A stretch of DNA of 64,000 nt from an uncultured Lachnospiraceae bacterium. GTDB taxonomy: Bacteria; Bacillota; Clostridia; Lachnospirales; Lachnospiraceae. The number at the start of each line of letters is the position of its first letter. The first letter of the stretch is position 1. The translations under genes were made by a program, and so were the position numbers. The notes below the pieces were generated by a model. That model was given only the letters and a program-made list of their open reading frames with translations. It did no database searches and had not been told where the DNA came from. Below, in pieces: positions 10,935 through 19,771 of the stretch. The stretch lies in contig CACYTU010000009.1 in assembly GCA_902777355.1 (NCBI GenBank), positions 26,101-90,100 on the forward strand, in the 5' to 3' direction.

Positions 10935-11078
10935 GAGCTGGAATGACCGCCAAGCACACGAATCACGCGAAGATAAAAAAAGCAGTCCGGCGGGAGCTTG
11001 CTCACGCAGGGACTGCTTTTTTCAGCTTCATACGTCTGCAGCCGCGTTGGGATTGCCTCGAAGAGGCAAACGAAGCGG
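10935..11078 (+). repeat. guaA 3'-end/att-like element, copy 2 (diverged)
   Basis: GAGCTGGAATGA followed by about 140 bp collinear with 9436-9580, same hairpin. Confidence 0.75.
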
Positions 11079-11241
11079 CGTGAGAAACCCTCATAAACAC
11101 CAGGTTTATGGATGCAGAAGAGTAAAAGCGTGGATGGAAGACAGTACAAACAGTCGGAAAATATGATATCATGAACACAAGTGTGAAGTAATCTGCGGCT
11201 GCCGGCCGGACAATGCCATCGAAAAAGAAGGAGGCCCATAA

Positions 11242-12081
11242 ATGCTTGTTAACCTGAAGGAAATCCTTGCAATCGCGGAAGAAAAGAAATGTGCGGTCGG
11301 TGCTTTCAATACGCCCAACCTGGAATGTCTGCTTGCTGTCATCGACGCGGCACAGAAGCTCGATTCGCCTGTCATCATCTCCCACGCGGAGCTGCACGAG
11401 AGCATTTCTCCACTCGAAAAGATTGGTCCCGTAATGGTGCAGGCGGCAGAGAAGGCCGGCGTGCCGGTCTGCGTTCAACTTGATCACGGCGAGACTCTCG
11501 AATACATCGAGAGGTCGTTGGAGATCGGATTCACCGGCATTATGTACGACGGGAGCCTTCTTCCCTATGAGGAAAACCTGGTGAATACAAAGAAGGCAGT
11601 GGCAATGGCGAAAAACTACAATGCCGGCGTGGAGGCGGAGCTTGGGGCAATGCCCTCCCGCGAGGGAGGTGAGGCGTCATCAGGACCCGTCTATACCGAT
11701 CCGGCGCAGGCAGTGGAGTTTTGCCGGGAGACAGGGATCGATGCGCTTGCACCCAGCTTTGGAACGGCGCACGGCATCTACAAAGCAAAACCCATGCTTG
11801 ACCTGGAGAGAGTGCGCATCATTTCGGAGAAGACGGGCCTCCCCCTTGTCATGCACGGCGGTAGCGGCGTTTCGGAGGAAGACTACCGCAGAGCGATCAG
11901 GGCAGGCATTCGCAAGATCAATTACTACACCTATATGTCCAATGCAGGAACCCGGGCAGTACAGGAACTTCTCGCAAAGGAAGACGTGACTTTCTTCCAC
12001 GATCTCGCATTTGCGGCACAGAAAGCGATGCAGGCAGACGCGGAAAAGGCGATGACTGTGTTTATGTGTCCCAAAGAGTGA
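11242..12081 (+). CDS. class II ketose-bisphosphate aldolase (fructose/tagatose)
   Basis: AVGAFN, QLDHG, VEAELG, FGTAHGIY, LVMHGGSG, IRKIN. Confidence 0.92.
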   Translation: MLVNLKEILAIAEEKKCAVGAFNTPNLECLLAVIDAAQKLDSPVIISHAELHESISPLEKIGPVMVQAAEKAGVPVCVQLDHGETLEYIERSLEIGFTGIMYDGSLLPYEENLVNTKKAVAMAKNYNAGVEAELGAMPSREGGEASSGPVYTDPAQAVEFCRETGIDALAPSFGTAHGIYKAKPMLDLERVRIISEKTGLPLVMHGGSGVSEEDYRRAIRAGIRKINYYTYMSNAGTRAVQELLAKEDVTFFHDLAFAAQKAMQADAEKAMTVFMCPKE

Positions 12082-12200
12082 CGTCCCCAAAAGTGAGGAG
12101 GGGACGAATAATAAAGTGGATAAAAGTGTGCTATACTGATTACGGAGGCGCTTTTGCTTTTTTTCGCGCCGGGATCTTATGACTGCAAGGAGGTACTCTA

Positions 12201-12818
12201 ATGTTTAAACAGATCACACTGCCGTATGCTTATGATGCTTTGGAACCTGTCATCGATGCTCTGACTGTCGAGACCCATTATGCGAAGCACCATGCAGCTT
12301 ATACAAAGAACTTTAATGATTTTGCGCAGAAGGCCGGTGTCGCAGACAAGACGGTTGAGGAGGTGCTCACATCTCTGGACTCGTTCGAGGATCCGGCTCT
12401 CCGCAATGCTCTTCGAAACAATGGAGGCGGTTTCTACAACCACAACCTGTATTTTTCCACCTTGTCGCCCAATGCGGCGCACGCGCCCGAGGGAGCTCTT
12501 CTGGACAAAATCAATGAAACCTTCGGCAGCCTGGACTCTGTGATTAAGAATATCTCTGCCGCGGCCGCCGGGCAGTTCGGCTCCGGCTGGTCCTGGCTCA
12601 GCGCTAACGAGTCCGGCGAGCTCATGGTTTCTGCCAGTCCCAATCAGGACAACCCCCTCATCGAGGGGACCGGCTTTGTGCCGATCCTTGCAGTTGATGT
12701 CTGGGAGCACGCCTACTATCTGAAGTACAGGAATCTCCGGCCCGACTATATCAAGGCACTGTTTGAGATCATCGACTGGAAGAAGGTCGAAGAGCTGTAT
12801 GCGGCTGTGACTGATTAA
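12201..12818 (+). CDS. sodA: Fe/Mn superoxide dismutase
   Basis: LPYAYDALEP, HYAKHH, NNGGGFYNHNLYF, QFGSGW, DVWEHAYY. Confidence 0.95.
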   Translation: MFKQITLPYAYDALEPVIDALTVETHYAKHHAAYTKNFNDFAQKAGVADKTVEEVLTSLDSFEDPALRNALRNNGGGFYNHNLYFSTLSPNAAHAPEGALLDKINETFGSLDSVIKNISAAAAGQFGSGWSWLSANESGELMVSASPNQDNPLIEGTGFVPILAVDVWEHAYYLKYRNLRPDYIKALFEIIDWKKVEELYAAVTD

Positions 12819-12929
12819 TTGATTAATAATGATTGAAAAGGTTAAACCTGATAAGGACACAGAAGATTCTGGGGGGATAAGAGAATCCGTATAATGCCCC
12901 GGCGGCCATCAGTGAGTCAGGCATCTGCA

Positions 12930-12982
12930 GTAAAACCTGCTGCGGGGTAAAAACCTGCTGAGGGGTAAAACCTGCTGCAGGG
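12930..12982. repeat. three approx. 17-18-bp tandem repeats GTAAAACCTGCTG(C/A)GGG
   Basis: Visible directly upstream of the HAD gene RBS. Confidence 0.7.
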
Positions 12983-12997
12983 AGGAAGGGGAGAACG

Positions 12998-13651
12998 ATG
13001 CAGATGAAGGCCATCTTGTTTGACCTCGATGGGGTCATTCTGGACTCGGAGAAGGAATACAGGCGGTTCTGGCTGCAGGCGGCAGAAGAGCTCGGGTTCT
13101 CTCTTACGGAAGACGTCGTTCTCCGGCTAAGGAGCTGCGACTCTTCGATTGCCCGTAAGATCGTTGATGAAGCCACAGGTGAAAACGGTGCCTATGACCG
13201 GATCCGGGCAAGGCGGAAAATACTGATGAAAGAGTTCCTGTCAGAGCACATGTACGAACTCAAGCCCGGCGTAGAAGCTTTTCTTGAAAAGAGCAGAGAC
13301 ATCCCGGTCAGGAAAGTAATCGTGACTTCCTCAACGCCTGAGGAAAAAATGCCGGAGCTGGAAAGACTGGGGATCGGACAGTATTTTGACGGCTTTGTGT
13401 CGGTAAAAGAGGTCAAGAGGGGCAAGCCGTTTCCGGATGTTTATCTCTTTGCCTGCAGCAAGCTTGGACTGGATCCCGGCGAGTGCCTGGCGATCGAGGA
13501 TTCGCCGAACGGGGTCAGAAGCGCGTACGGTGCAGGAGTAAAAGTAGTCATGGTGCCTGACCTGACCGGACCGACCGATGAGCTGCGCCGGATGTGCCGG
13601 GTGGCTGACAGGATAGAGGATGTCATAGAATATTTGAATAAATTTGAATAG
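12998..13651 (+). CDS. HAD-superfamily phosphatase
   Basis: FDLDGVILDSE, VTSS, GKPFPDVY, IEDSPNGV. Confidence 0.93.
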   Translation: MQMKAILFDLDGVILDSEKEYRRFWLQAAEELGFSLTEDVVLRLRSCDSSIARKIVDEATGENGAYDRIRARRKILMKEFLSEHMYELKPGVEAFLEKSRDIPVRKVIVTSSTPEEKMPELERLGIGQYFDGFVSVKEVKRGKPFPDVYLFACSKLGLDPGECLAIEDSPNGVRSAYGAGVKVVMVPDLTGPTDELRRMCRVADRIEDVIEYLNKFE

Positions 13652-13705
13652 ATGACAAAAAGACACACTAACCTGTAACAGGCTGGTGTGTCTTTTTTGT
13701 CATCT
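13650..13705. terminator. long inverted repeat, probable bidirectional terminator
   Basis: AGATGACAAAAAGACACAC...GTGTGTCTTTTTTGTCATCT. Confidence 0.7.
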
Positions 13706-13707
13706 GC

Positions 13708-13834
13708 TCAGAAGTGAAAGACCGGGGCAAAGCCGGTCTGATTCAGGATGTCCATGATGGCCTCATTTGTGTTTTGAAGCGTCACGCCGCCTTTGCAGGC
13801 TTTATGTATGATCAGAAGCACGCGGAGACCCGCC
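13708..13834 (-). pseudogene. C-terminal remnant of a STAS/anti-sigma-factor antagonist domain
   Basis: AGLRVLLIIHKACKGGVTLQNTNEAIMDILNQTGF resembles the STAS C-terminal half; the phosphorylatable DSS/ISS segment is absent. Confidence 0.6.
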
Positions 13835-13925
13835 TGAAGCACTTTATTTTCCAAATCTGTTTCCATACATGGTACAATCAAAACAGAGTCTGGAAACAGA
13901 GAAAAGGAAAGGAGAAAAACGAAGG

Positions 13926-14984
13926 ATGAAAAAGATTCTGACGATTGGATATTATGGCAACGGAAAGAGCACCAACAGATATCACATCCCCTTTCTGATG
14001 CGGAGAAAGGACAGGATCCGGGTAAAGACCATCTATGCCCGCCGTCTGCGTGATGAATGGGCAAGGTGGGAAGGTGTTCATTACACGGACAATGTGGAGG
14101 AGCTGCTGCAGGATCCGGAGATCGATGTCATTGTCGTCACGACGCCTCCCCAGGCCCACGCAATGGCGGCCAGGCAGATCATTGAGGCCGGGAAAAACGT
14201 CGTTGTCGAGAAGCCCTTTACCAACAGTGCGGAGGAGGCGCAGGCCCTGTTTAATCTGGCACGTGAAAAGGGCGTGATGATCCAGTGCTATCAGAACCGG
14301 CGTTTTGACAGTGATTTTCTGACTGTCCAGAAGGTCATCGAATCCGGAAAACTCGGGGAGATCGTGGAGGTCGAAATGCATTTTGACTACTACCGTCCGG
14401 AGGTTCCGGAAAAAGCTGCCTCTTATGTCAGGGCGGATTCCTTCGTCTACAGCCATGCCTGCCATACGATGGACCAGGTTCTGTCCTATTTCGGCATCCC
14501 GGACGGACACCACTATGATGTCCGCCAGCTTCTGGGACAGGGGCGGATGAATGACTATTTTGACCTGGATCTCTATTATGAGAAAGGGACGGACAAATAT
14601 CAGATCATGCCCGGCGGACTCAAGGTATCTGTCAAGTCCAGCTACTTCCGTGCCAAGGAGCGTCCCAGTTTTGTCGTCTATGGCCGCAGGGGAGTGTTTG
14701 TAAAAGCGCAGAAGGACCGGCAGGAAGCGGATCTGAAGAAGTTTTATCTTCCTGACCACGCCGACTTCGGTCTCGATACGCCTGCTGACTACGGCACGCT
14801 GACCTGGTACGATGAAAATGGACACTATCAGGAGAGCAGAGTGGAGACGGTGCCGGGCGATTACGGAATCTATTACGATTATCTCTATGAGACGATTCTG
14901 AACGGGGCGGCTCCGCTGGTGAGTGAGGAGCAGACCATGACCCAGATGCGGATTCTGGAGGAAGCCACTGCAAACCTTAATTGA
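13926..14984 (+). CDS. Gfo/Idh/MocA family oxidoreductase (YhhX-like)
   Basis: GYYGNGKSTNRYHIP, VVVEKPF, YQNRRFDSDF. Confidence 0.9.
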   Translation: MKKILTIGYYGNGKSTNRYHIPFLMRRKDRIRVKTIYARRLRDEWARWEGVHYTDNVEELLQDPEIDVIVVTTPPQAHAMAARQIIEAGKNVVVEKPFTNSAEEAQALFNLAREKGVMIQCYQNRRFDSDFLTVQKVIESGKLGEIVEVEMHFDYYRPEVPEKAASYVRADSFVYSHACHTMDQVLSYFGIPDGHHYDVRQLLGQGRMNDYFDLDLYYEKGTDKYQIMPGGLKVSVKSSYFRAKERPSFVVYGRRGVFVKAQKDRQEADLKKFYLPDHADFGLDTPADYGTLTWYDENGHYQESRVETVPGDYGIYYDYLYETILNGAAPLVSEEQTMTQMRILEEATANLN

Positions 14985-15008
14985 GAAAAAGCCTTAAGAA
15001 GAAAGGAT

Positions 15009-15542
15009 ATGGAAATGAAGAATAAAAAATTGATTTTGGGCGTACTTGTACTGAGTCTGCTGGTTTTTACAGCATGTGGAAAGAAAAAGGAGAAGGAAGC
15101 GTCTTCCGGGGAAGTGGATCCGCAGGCAGTTGTAGAAGAGGCACAGAAGGAAGTCGAAGAGGCTGACGCAAAGACAGAAGAATTCCTGGCGGAATTCACC
15201 GATGAGATGAATCTGACCGGAAGCTGGCAGGACGAAGTCAGCCAGCGCGCAACTATGGATGTAGAGAAATTCGAGACCGGAACCTATTATATCCATATCC
15301 ACTGGTCCTCGGGTGCCAGCGAGGAGTCTCTCTGGGAAATCACCGGGACCTATGATGAGACATCCGGGATGCTGTCCTATGAGAACGGCAACTACTCTGT
15401 CATTACCTGGGACGAAAATGGCAAGGAGACCATCACTGAAGAAGATGTGACAAAAGGCTCCCTGATGAAAGAAGGAGATAAACTTCGCTGGACTGACTCG
15501 AAAATCGAGGAGGACGGCTTGTTTGTAAAGGTTTCGGAATAA
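15009..15542 (+). CDS. hypothetical lipoprotein
   Basis: Signal peptide LILGVLVLSLLVFTAC; acidic beta-rich domain. Confidence 0.8.
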   Translation: MEMKNKKLILGVLVLSLLVFTACGKKKEKEASSGEVDPQAVVEEAQKEVEEADAKTEEFLAEFTDEMNLTGSWQDEVSQRATMDVEKFETGTYYIHIHWSSGASEESLWEITGTYDETSGMLSYENGNYSVITWDENGKETITEEDVTKGSLMKEGDKLRWTDSKIEEDGLFVKVSE

Positions 15543-15714
15543 TTCCCGACAGACTGAGTATAGACATTGAGCGCCGTGGAATGATCCGGAGCGCAAGACT
15601 CGTGAGAAAGTCCTGAATATTGTGTCTTCACAATATGACCCCGCAGCTGAAAACTCCCCATGACCGGACGAAACCGTCTGATCATGGGGAGCTGCCATTA
15701 TGTTGGGGAAATTA

Positions 15715-16431
15715 CTATTCAGGCAGTCTTTTTCCTTTTATTTTCACTACATTTGCCGCAAAGATTCCGGTCATATTGCTGACAAGTTCCATCAGATGTT
15801 CGGGCTGGAGATTGTTGCTGGGACGCAGGTGGACCAGGGCGCTGTAGACGTAGCTTCCCTCATCGTTTGAGCTGGAGACCTGCAGGGCGGAGATGGTCAC
15901 TCCGCGGTCTTTGATAAAGCGGAGCGCATGGTCCAGAGCCTGTTTGTTTTCGCAGTTTATGATCGCATTGAATTCTGGTGTAGACCGGATTTTCTGTCCG
16001 ATTTCCGAGAAGAAGATCTCCGCGACCAAAACCAGGATGGTGCTGATGACCGCGCCCTCATAGAATCCGGAACCGACGGCAAGACCTATGACGCCGGTCG
16101 CCCACAGGCCGGCTGCGGTGGTCAGACCCTTGACGGTATGTTTGCGCGTCACGATGATGGTGCCGGCGCCGATAAAACCGAGTCCGGTGATGACTTGGGC
16201 GCCTATGCGCGTCATGTCTGTGGGGAGCTGGGCGATCAGATACAGGTAATGTCCTGTCAGAGAGGCGGTTGCCGCGCCGACACAGACAAGAATATGGGTG
16301 CGGAAGCCCGCTGAGCGGTTCTTGACAGAGCGCTCGAGTCCGATCGCAGCGCTGCAGAAGACTGCGACCAGCATACGGACCAGAACATTGAAAAAAGTGA
16401 TATCACGCAGACCATCGAGAAAAGGGAGCAA
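15715..16431 (-). CDS. MgtC/SapB family membrane protein with ACT-like C-terminus
   Basis: IGLER...AGFRTHILVCVGA, RIGAQVITGLGFIGAGTI, GLTTAAGLWA; TTG start after AGGAGG. Confidence 0.92.
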   Translation of the reverse strand: MLPFLDGLRDITFFNVLVRMLVAVFCSAAIGLERSVKNRSAGFRTHILVCVGAATASLTGHYLYLIAQLPTDMTRIGAQVITGLGFIGAGTIIVTRKHTVKGLTTAAGLWATGVIGLAVGSGFYEGAVISTILVLVAEIFFSEIGQKIRSTPEFNAIINCENKQALDHALRFIKDRGVTISALQVSSSNDEGSYVYSALVHLRPSNNLQPEHLMELVSNMTGIFAANVVKIKGKRLPE

Positions 16432-16494
16432 TGGGAGACCTCCTGTACTTGTTATTGATGATTGTTTCGGATTGAAGGTTTTATTACAAATAGA

Positions 16495-16552
16495 TTTAAA
16501 TTGCTTAAGGACTTAAATGCTTAAGGACTTAAATCATTAAAACCTTAAGACC
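16495..16552. repeat. short tandem repeats AAATGCTTAAGGACTT
   Basis: Two near-identical copies plus a degenerate one between the MgtC paralogs. Confidence 0.55.
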
Positions 16553-16587
16553 TGTAAATTGAGCCCGGTGCCGGTATCGGGAGCAGA

Positions 16588-17322
16588 TCAGGAGATCAGC
16601 TCGTGGGTCGTCCGTACACAGTCAAGCTCCGCGAGCGAGGAGAGCATGCCCGAGTGAGAGGGCTTCTCCCGGCTCATTTTGAGGATGAGGATTGCGCAGG
16701 GGAATTTGTCTTTTTCCCTCTTGGAGCGCTCAATCTCTATATCGTATATAGTTGCGCCCCTGGACCGGATCGTATCCGAGATCTCATTGAGGTCTTCGAG
16801 AGCATAGAACTCCACAAAGACAGTGATGTTTCGCAGACGCCTCTTAAAGGCCGGCTCAAGCGGCCACATGACATCCAGTACAAGGATCAGGATGACCAGG
16901 ACAACGATGACACATTCATAAAAGCCTGCGCCGGCTGCTATGCCCATACAGACCGAGGCGAACAGACCGGCTGCTGTGGACAGGCCGGAAACCTGCTGGT
17001 GTCCGATGGAGATGATCGTGCCCGCCGCGAGGAAACCGATGCCGCTGATGACCTGCGCGGAGTAGCGGGAACCGTCAAACTTGAGCCCTACCTCCTTGAC
17101 GACATCCGCCCAGGGACCGCAGAGCATCTGATACTCATAAGTGGCCAGGAGCGTAGTGAGCGCCGCACCGATACTGGTGAGTATGAAAGTGCGCAGGCCT
17201 GCGGCGCGCTGCTTGCGCGCGCGTCCGTATCCAATGACAGTGCCTGACAAAAAAGCCAGGAGCATACGCAGAATAACCGTTGTGAACGTGAAATCCCGCA
17301 GATGTAAGAGCAGTTCATTCAT
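16588..17322 (-). CDS. MgtC/SapB family membrane protein (paralog)
   Basis: AAGLRTFILTSIGA, SAQVISGIGFLAAGTI, GLSTAAGLFA. Confidence 0.9.
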   Translation of the reverse strand: MNELLLHLRDFTFTTVILRMLLAFLSGTVIGYGRARKQRAAGLRTFILTSIGAALTTLLATYEYQMLCGPWADVVKEVGLKFDGSRYSAQVISGIGFLAAGTIISIGHQQVSGLSTAAGLFASVCMGIAAGAGFYECVIVVLVILILVLDVMWPLEPAFKRRLRNITVFVEFYALEDLNEISDTIRSRGATIYDIEIERSKREKDKFPCAILILKMSREKPSHSGMLSSLAELDCVRTTHELIS

Positions 17323-17692
17323 AATAGAATACTCCCTTGGATAAATTTTCCAAAAGTATTAAAGAAACATAAACATTTCTCTTACATTATAACCTGTTCT
17401 CTTAAAAATGGGGAAAATAATTAACATTAATTTAACGTACATTCACCTGGATTTAACCAATAATAGCGCTGAAGGGCGTGACTGGCAAAACAGGGCGTAA
17501 AATCATTTAAATGTGTCTGTAACCTATGGCCATAACCGGCCCATAACCGCAAAAACAAAAACAGAACAAGACAAAAAACTGCTCCGTTAACACTTGATGA
17601 AAATGTTAACAGAGCAGATATTTTTACGTTCTATACCGGAATACACAGTCTTCAGGAGCGGCCTCCCCGGAAGGGGAAGATTATTCATATGA

Positions 17693-18685
17693 TTATTCGT
17701 ATGCCCCAGAGAGTCTGTGGATCTCATCGCGCATCTTCTGGATGACGGTCTCCGGACCTGTGATTCGGACACCCCCTCCTATGGCCATGATCCACCCCAG
17801 AAACTGGTTGCTGACTGCGACATTGACGGATGTGCGGAAATGCCCGGGGTCTTTAGAAGGCATGATGGGAATATCCTTGCCGAAACGGTCGATCAGCACT
17901 CCGACCATGTCGTTTTCCGCTTCCAGGGTGACGTACATCTCCTCACCCCCGTACATTCCGAAGAGGCTTCGTGTGTAGCGGGGCAGATCGAACTCCCGGA
18001 ATTCTTCCTTTCCTTCCCTGTGCTCATCCGTCAGGGTGATCTTCAGCATCTTGTCTACACGGTAATGTTTGATCCTTCTGTCAAGCGCGTCGAAGCCCAC
18101 GAGGTAGTAATTTTCATCATCCCACATCAGCTCCCAGGGGCTGACATTGTACCAGTCGCCGTTCTTGCGCAGTTCCATTTCTTTTTTCACATTCCAGCGG
18201 TAATACTGGAAACGGATCCGGACATCCTTTCCGATGGCTTCATGGAGCTTATCTACATTATAATAGATGCTTTCATTGATGGTTTTGACCCGCCCCGAGA
18301 TCGTGACCTGGCGATGAAGCTGAGAGGCCTGGTGGCGGCTGACAAGGGACTCGAGTTTTCCGATCAGCTCTTTGGATTTTTTGTCCGTGATAAACTTCGC
18401 GGACTGCACTGCATCGACCAGCAGCTTCAGTTCCGGGAGTTCGAAATCCCTTGCGCCCAGATAGTAATAGAAGCTGCGCCCGGTTGACTCACCGATGATA
18501 TCGAGTCCGAAGTGCCGCAGCTCTTCAAAATCCATGTAGAGTGTCTTGCGGTCGGCACTGACCCCGAGGTCTGCCAGCCGGCTGACGATCTCCGACATGG
18601 TGAGCTTGTGGTCCTCGTCAGTCTCTCTGGAAAAAATCTGCATCAAATAAAGAAGTTTCAGCTTTTGATTGCTTCCTTTAGCCAT
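17693..18685 (-). CDS. WYL-domain transcriptional regulator
   Basis: N-terminal wHTH (ADRKTLYMDF), VSPWELMWDDENYYLVG, HYRVDKM, WCX-like tail. Confidence 0.9.
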   Translation of the reverse strand: MAKGSNQKLKLLYLMQIFSRETDEDHKLTMSEIVSRLADLGVSADRKTLYMDFEELRHFGLDIIGESTGRSFYYYLGARDFELPELKLLVDAVQSAKFITDKKSKELIGKLESLVSRHQASQLHRQVTISGRVKTINESIYYNVDKLHEAIGKDVRIRFQYYRWNVKKEMELRKNGDWYNVSPWELMWDDENYYLVGFDALDRRIKHYRVDKMLKITLTDEHREGKEEFREFDLPRYTRSLFGMYGGEEMYVTLEAENDMVGVLIDRFGKDIPIMPSKDPGHFRTSVNVAVSNQFLGWIMAIGGGVRITGPETVIQKMRDEIHRLSGAYE

Positions 18686-18726
18686 GATTATCTCCGAATG
18701 TGATCAGCGGTTTTGCTCAGGATGAT

Positions 18727-19077
18727 TCAGGCATAAACGATCACGGCGATGAGTTCGACGACCTCATCTGTGCGGTTTGCGATGGCGTGTCCCTGTCCTG
18801 CCGGGCAGATTGTGACATCACCTGCGGTGACCTGGGCCACAGTCCCGTTGTCGCTGTATTCCGCGGTTCCCTTGAGGATGTAGAAAAGCTCTGAGTCACC
18901 TTCATGAACATGATAACCGATCCCACAACCGGGATTGAGAGTGATTTTGGAGAAAAGCCTGCCTTTCTGACAGAGCTCTTCGGGCCCTGTGATAAAATTG
19001 GTGAGCTGGACGGTTCCGTCTCCGTCCCTCATGTGTTCACGATATTCGATTTCACAAGCGCTGCCTTTTCGGATCAT
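18727..19077 (-). CDS. cupin-domain protein
   Basis: GCGIGYHVHEGDSELFYILKG...GQGHAIAN. Confidence 0.9.
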   Translation of the reverse strand: MIRKGSACEIEYREHMRDGDGTVQLTNFITGPEELCQKGRLFSKITLNPGCGIGYHVHEGDSELFYILKGTAEYSDNGTVAQVTAGDVTICPAGQGHAIANRTDEVVELIAVIVYA

Positions 19078-19471
19078 TTGTAAACCTCCCGTTATATTAT
19101 TCTGATAATAAAGGCTGCCGGATCAGCAAGCGGTTTTTTCAGGCGCGGATCCTGAGGAGGCCGGCTTCGGAGCCGCTTTACTGAACATGCAGGTATGTGG
19201 GTTCCTGAAAAATATTATACGATGAAAAGGCGGAAAATGGTACTGTGTAATCCGTGGAAGACCTGTAAGCTGTCCGTTGGACTTACAGCATGCTGAAAAC
19301 AATACGCGCTCCGGGAATCAGGCAGGCCTGTACTACGCTGGTATATCACGAGAAGCTGCCTTCAGACCCGGGATGATCGACCCTGGGAATTTTTTCGAAA
19401 AGCACGAAAATCGGGATAACAAGATGATAAACTTTGAAGGATATGATAGAATCATTTGATGTATCGGACTA

Positions 19472-19652
19472 TGCGAAGGATGAACCTTGTCGATCATATC
19501 CGGTACTGCAAAGGATGAACCATATCGATCATATCCGGTACTGCAAATGGATGGATCATATTTATCATATCCGGTATTGCAAAGGACGAACCATATCGAT
19601 CATATCCGGTACTGCAAATGGATGGACCATATCTATCATATCCGGTACTACA
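19472..19652. repeat. five tandem 35/36-bp repeats (core ATCATATCCGGTACTGCAAA)
   Basis: Core starts at 19493, 19528, 19564, 19599 and 19635. Confidence 0.9.
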
Positions 19653-19771
19653 TATAATATGACGTCCGCGTTTTGAGTCTGGAGGGAACTCTGAAACATG
19701 CAGTCTGTACCGTATGCCTGTAAATGGGGTACACGGCTGCAGGTACAAATTTTGGAAAGGATTGACTGCGC

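Noticed and set aside
19472-19652. CRISPR array
   Set aside because: Linkers are only about 15-16 nt and homologous to each other; no cas genes in the window.
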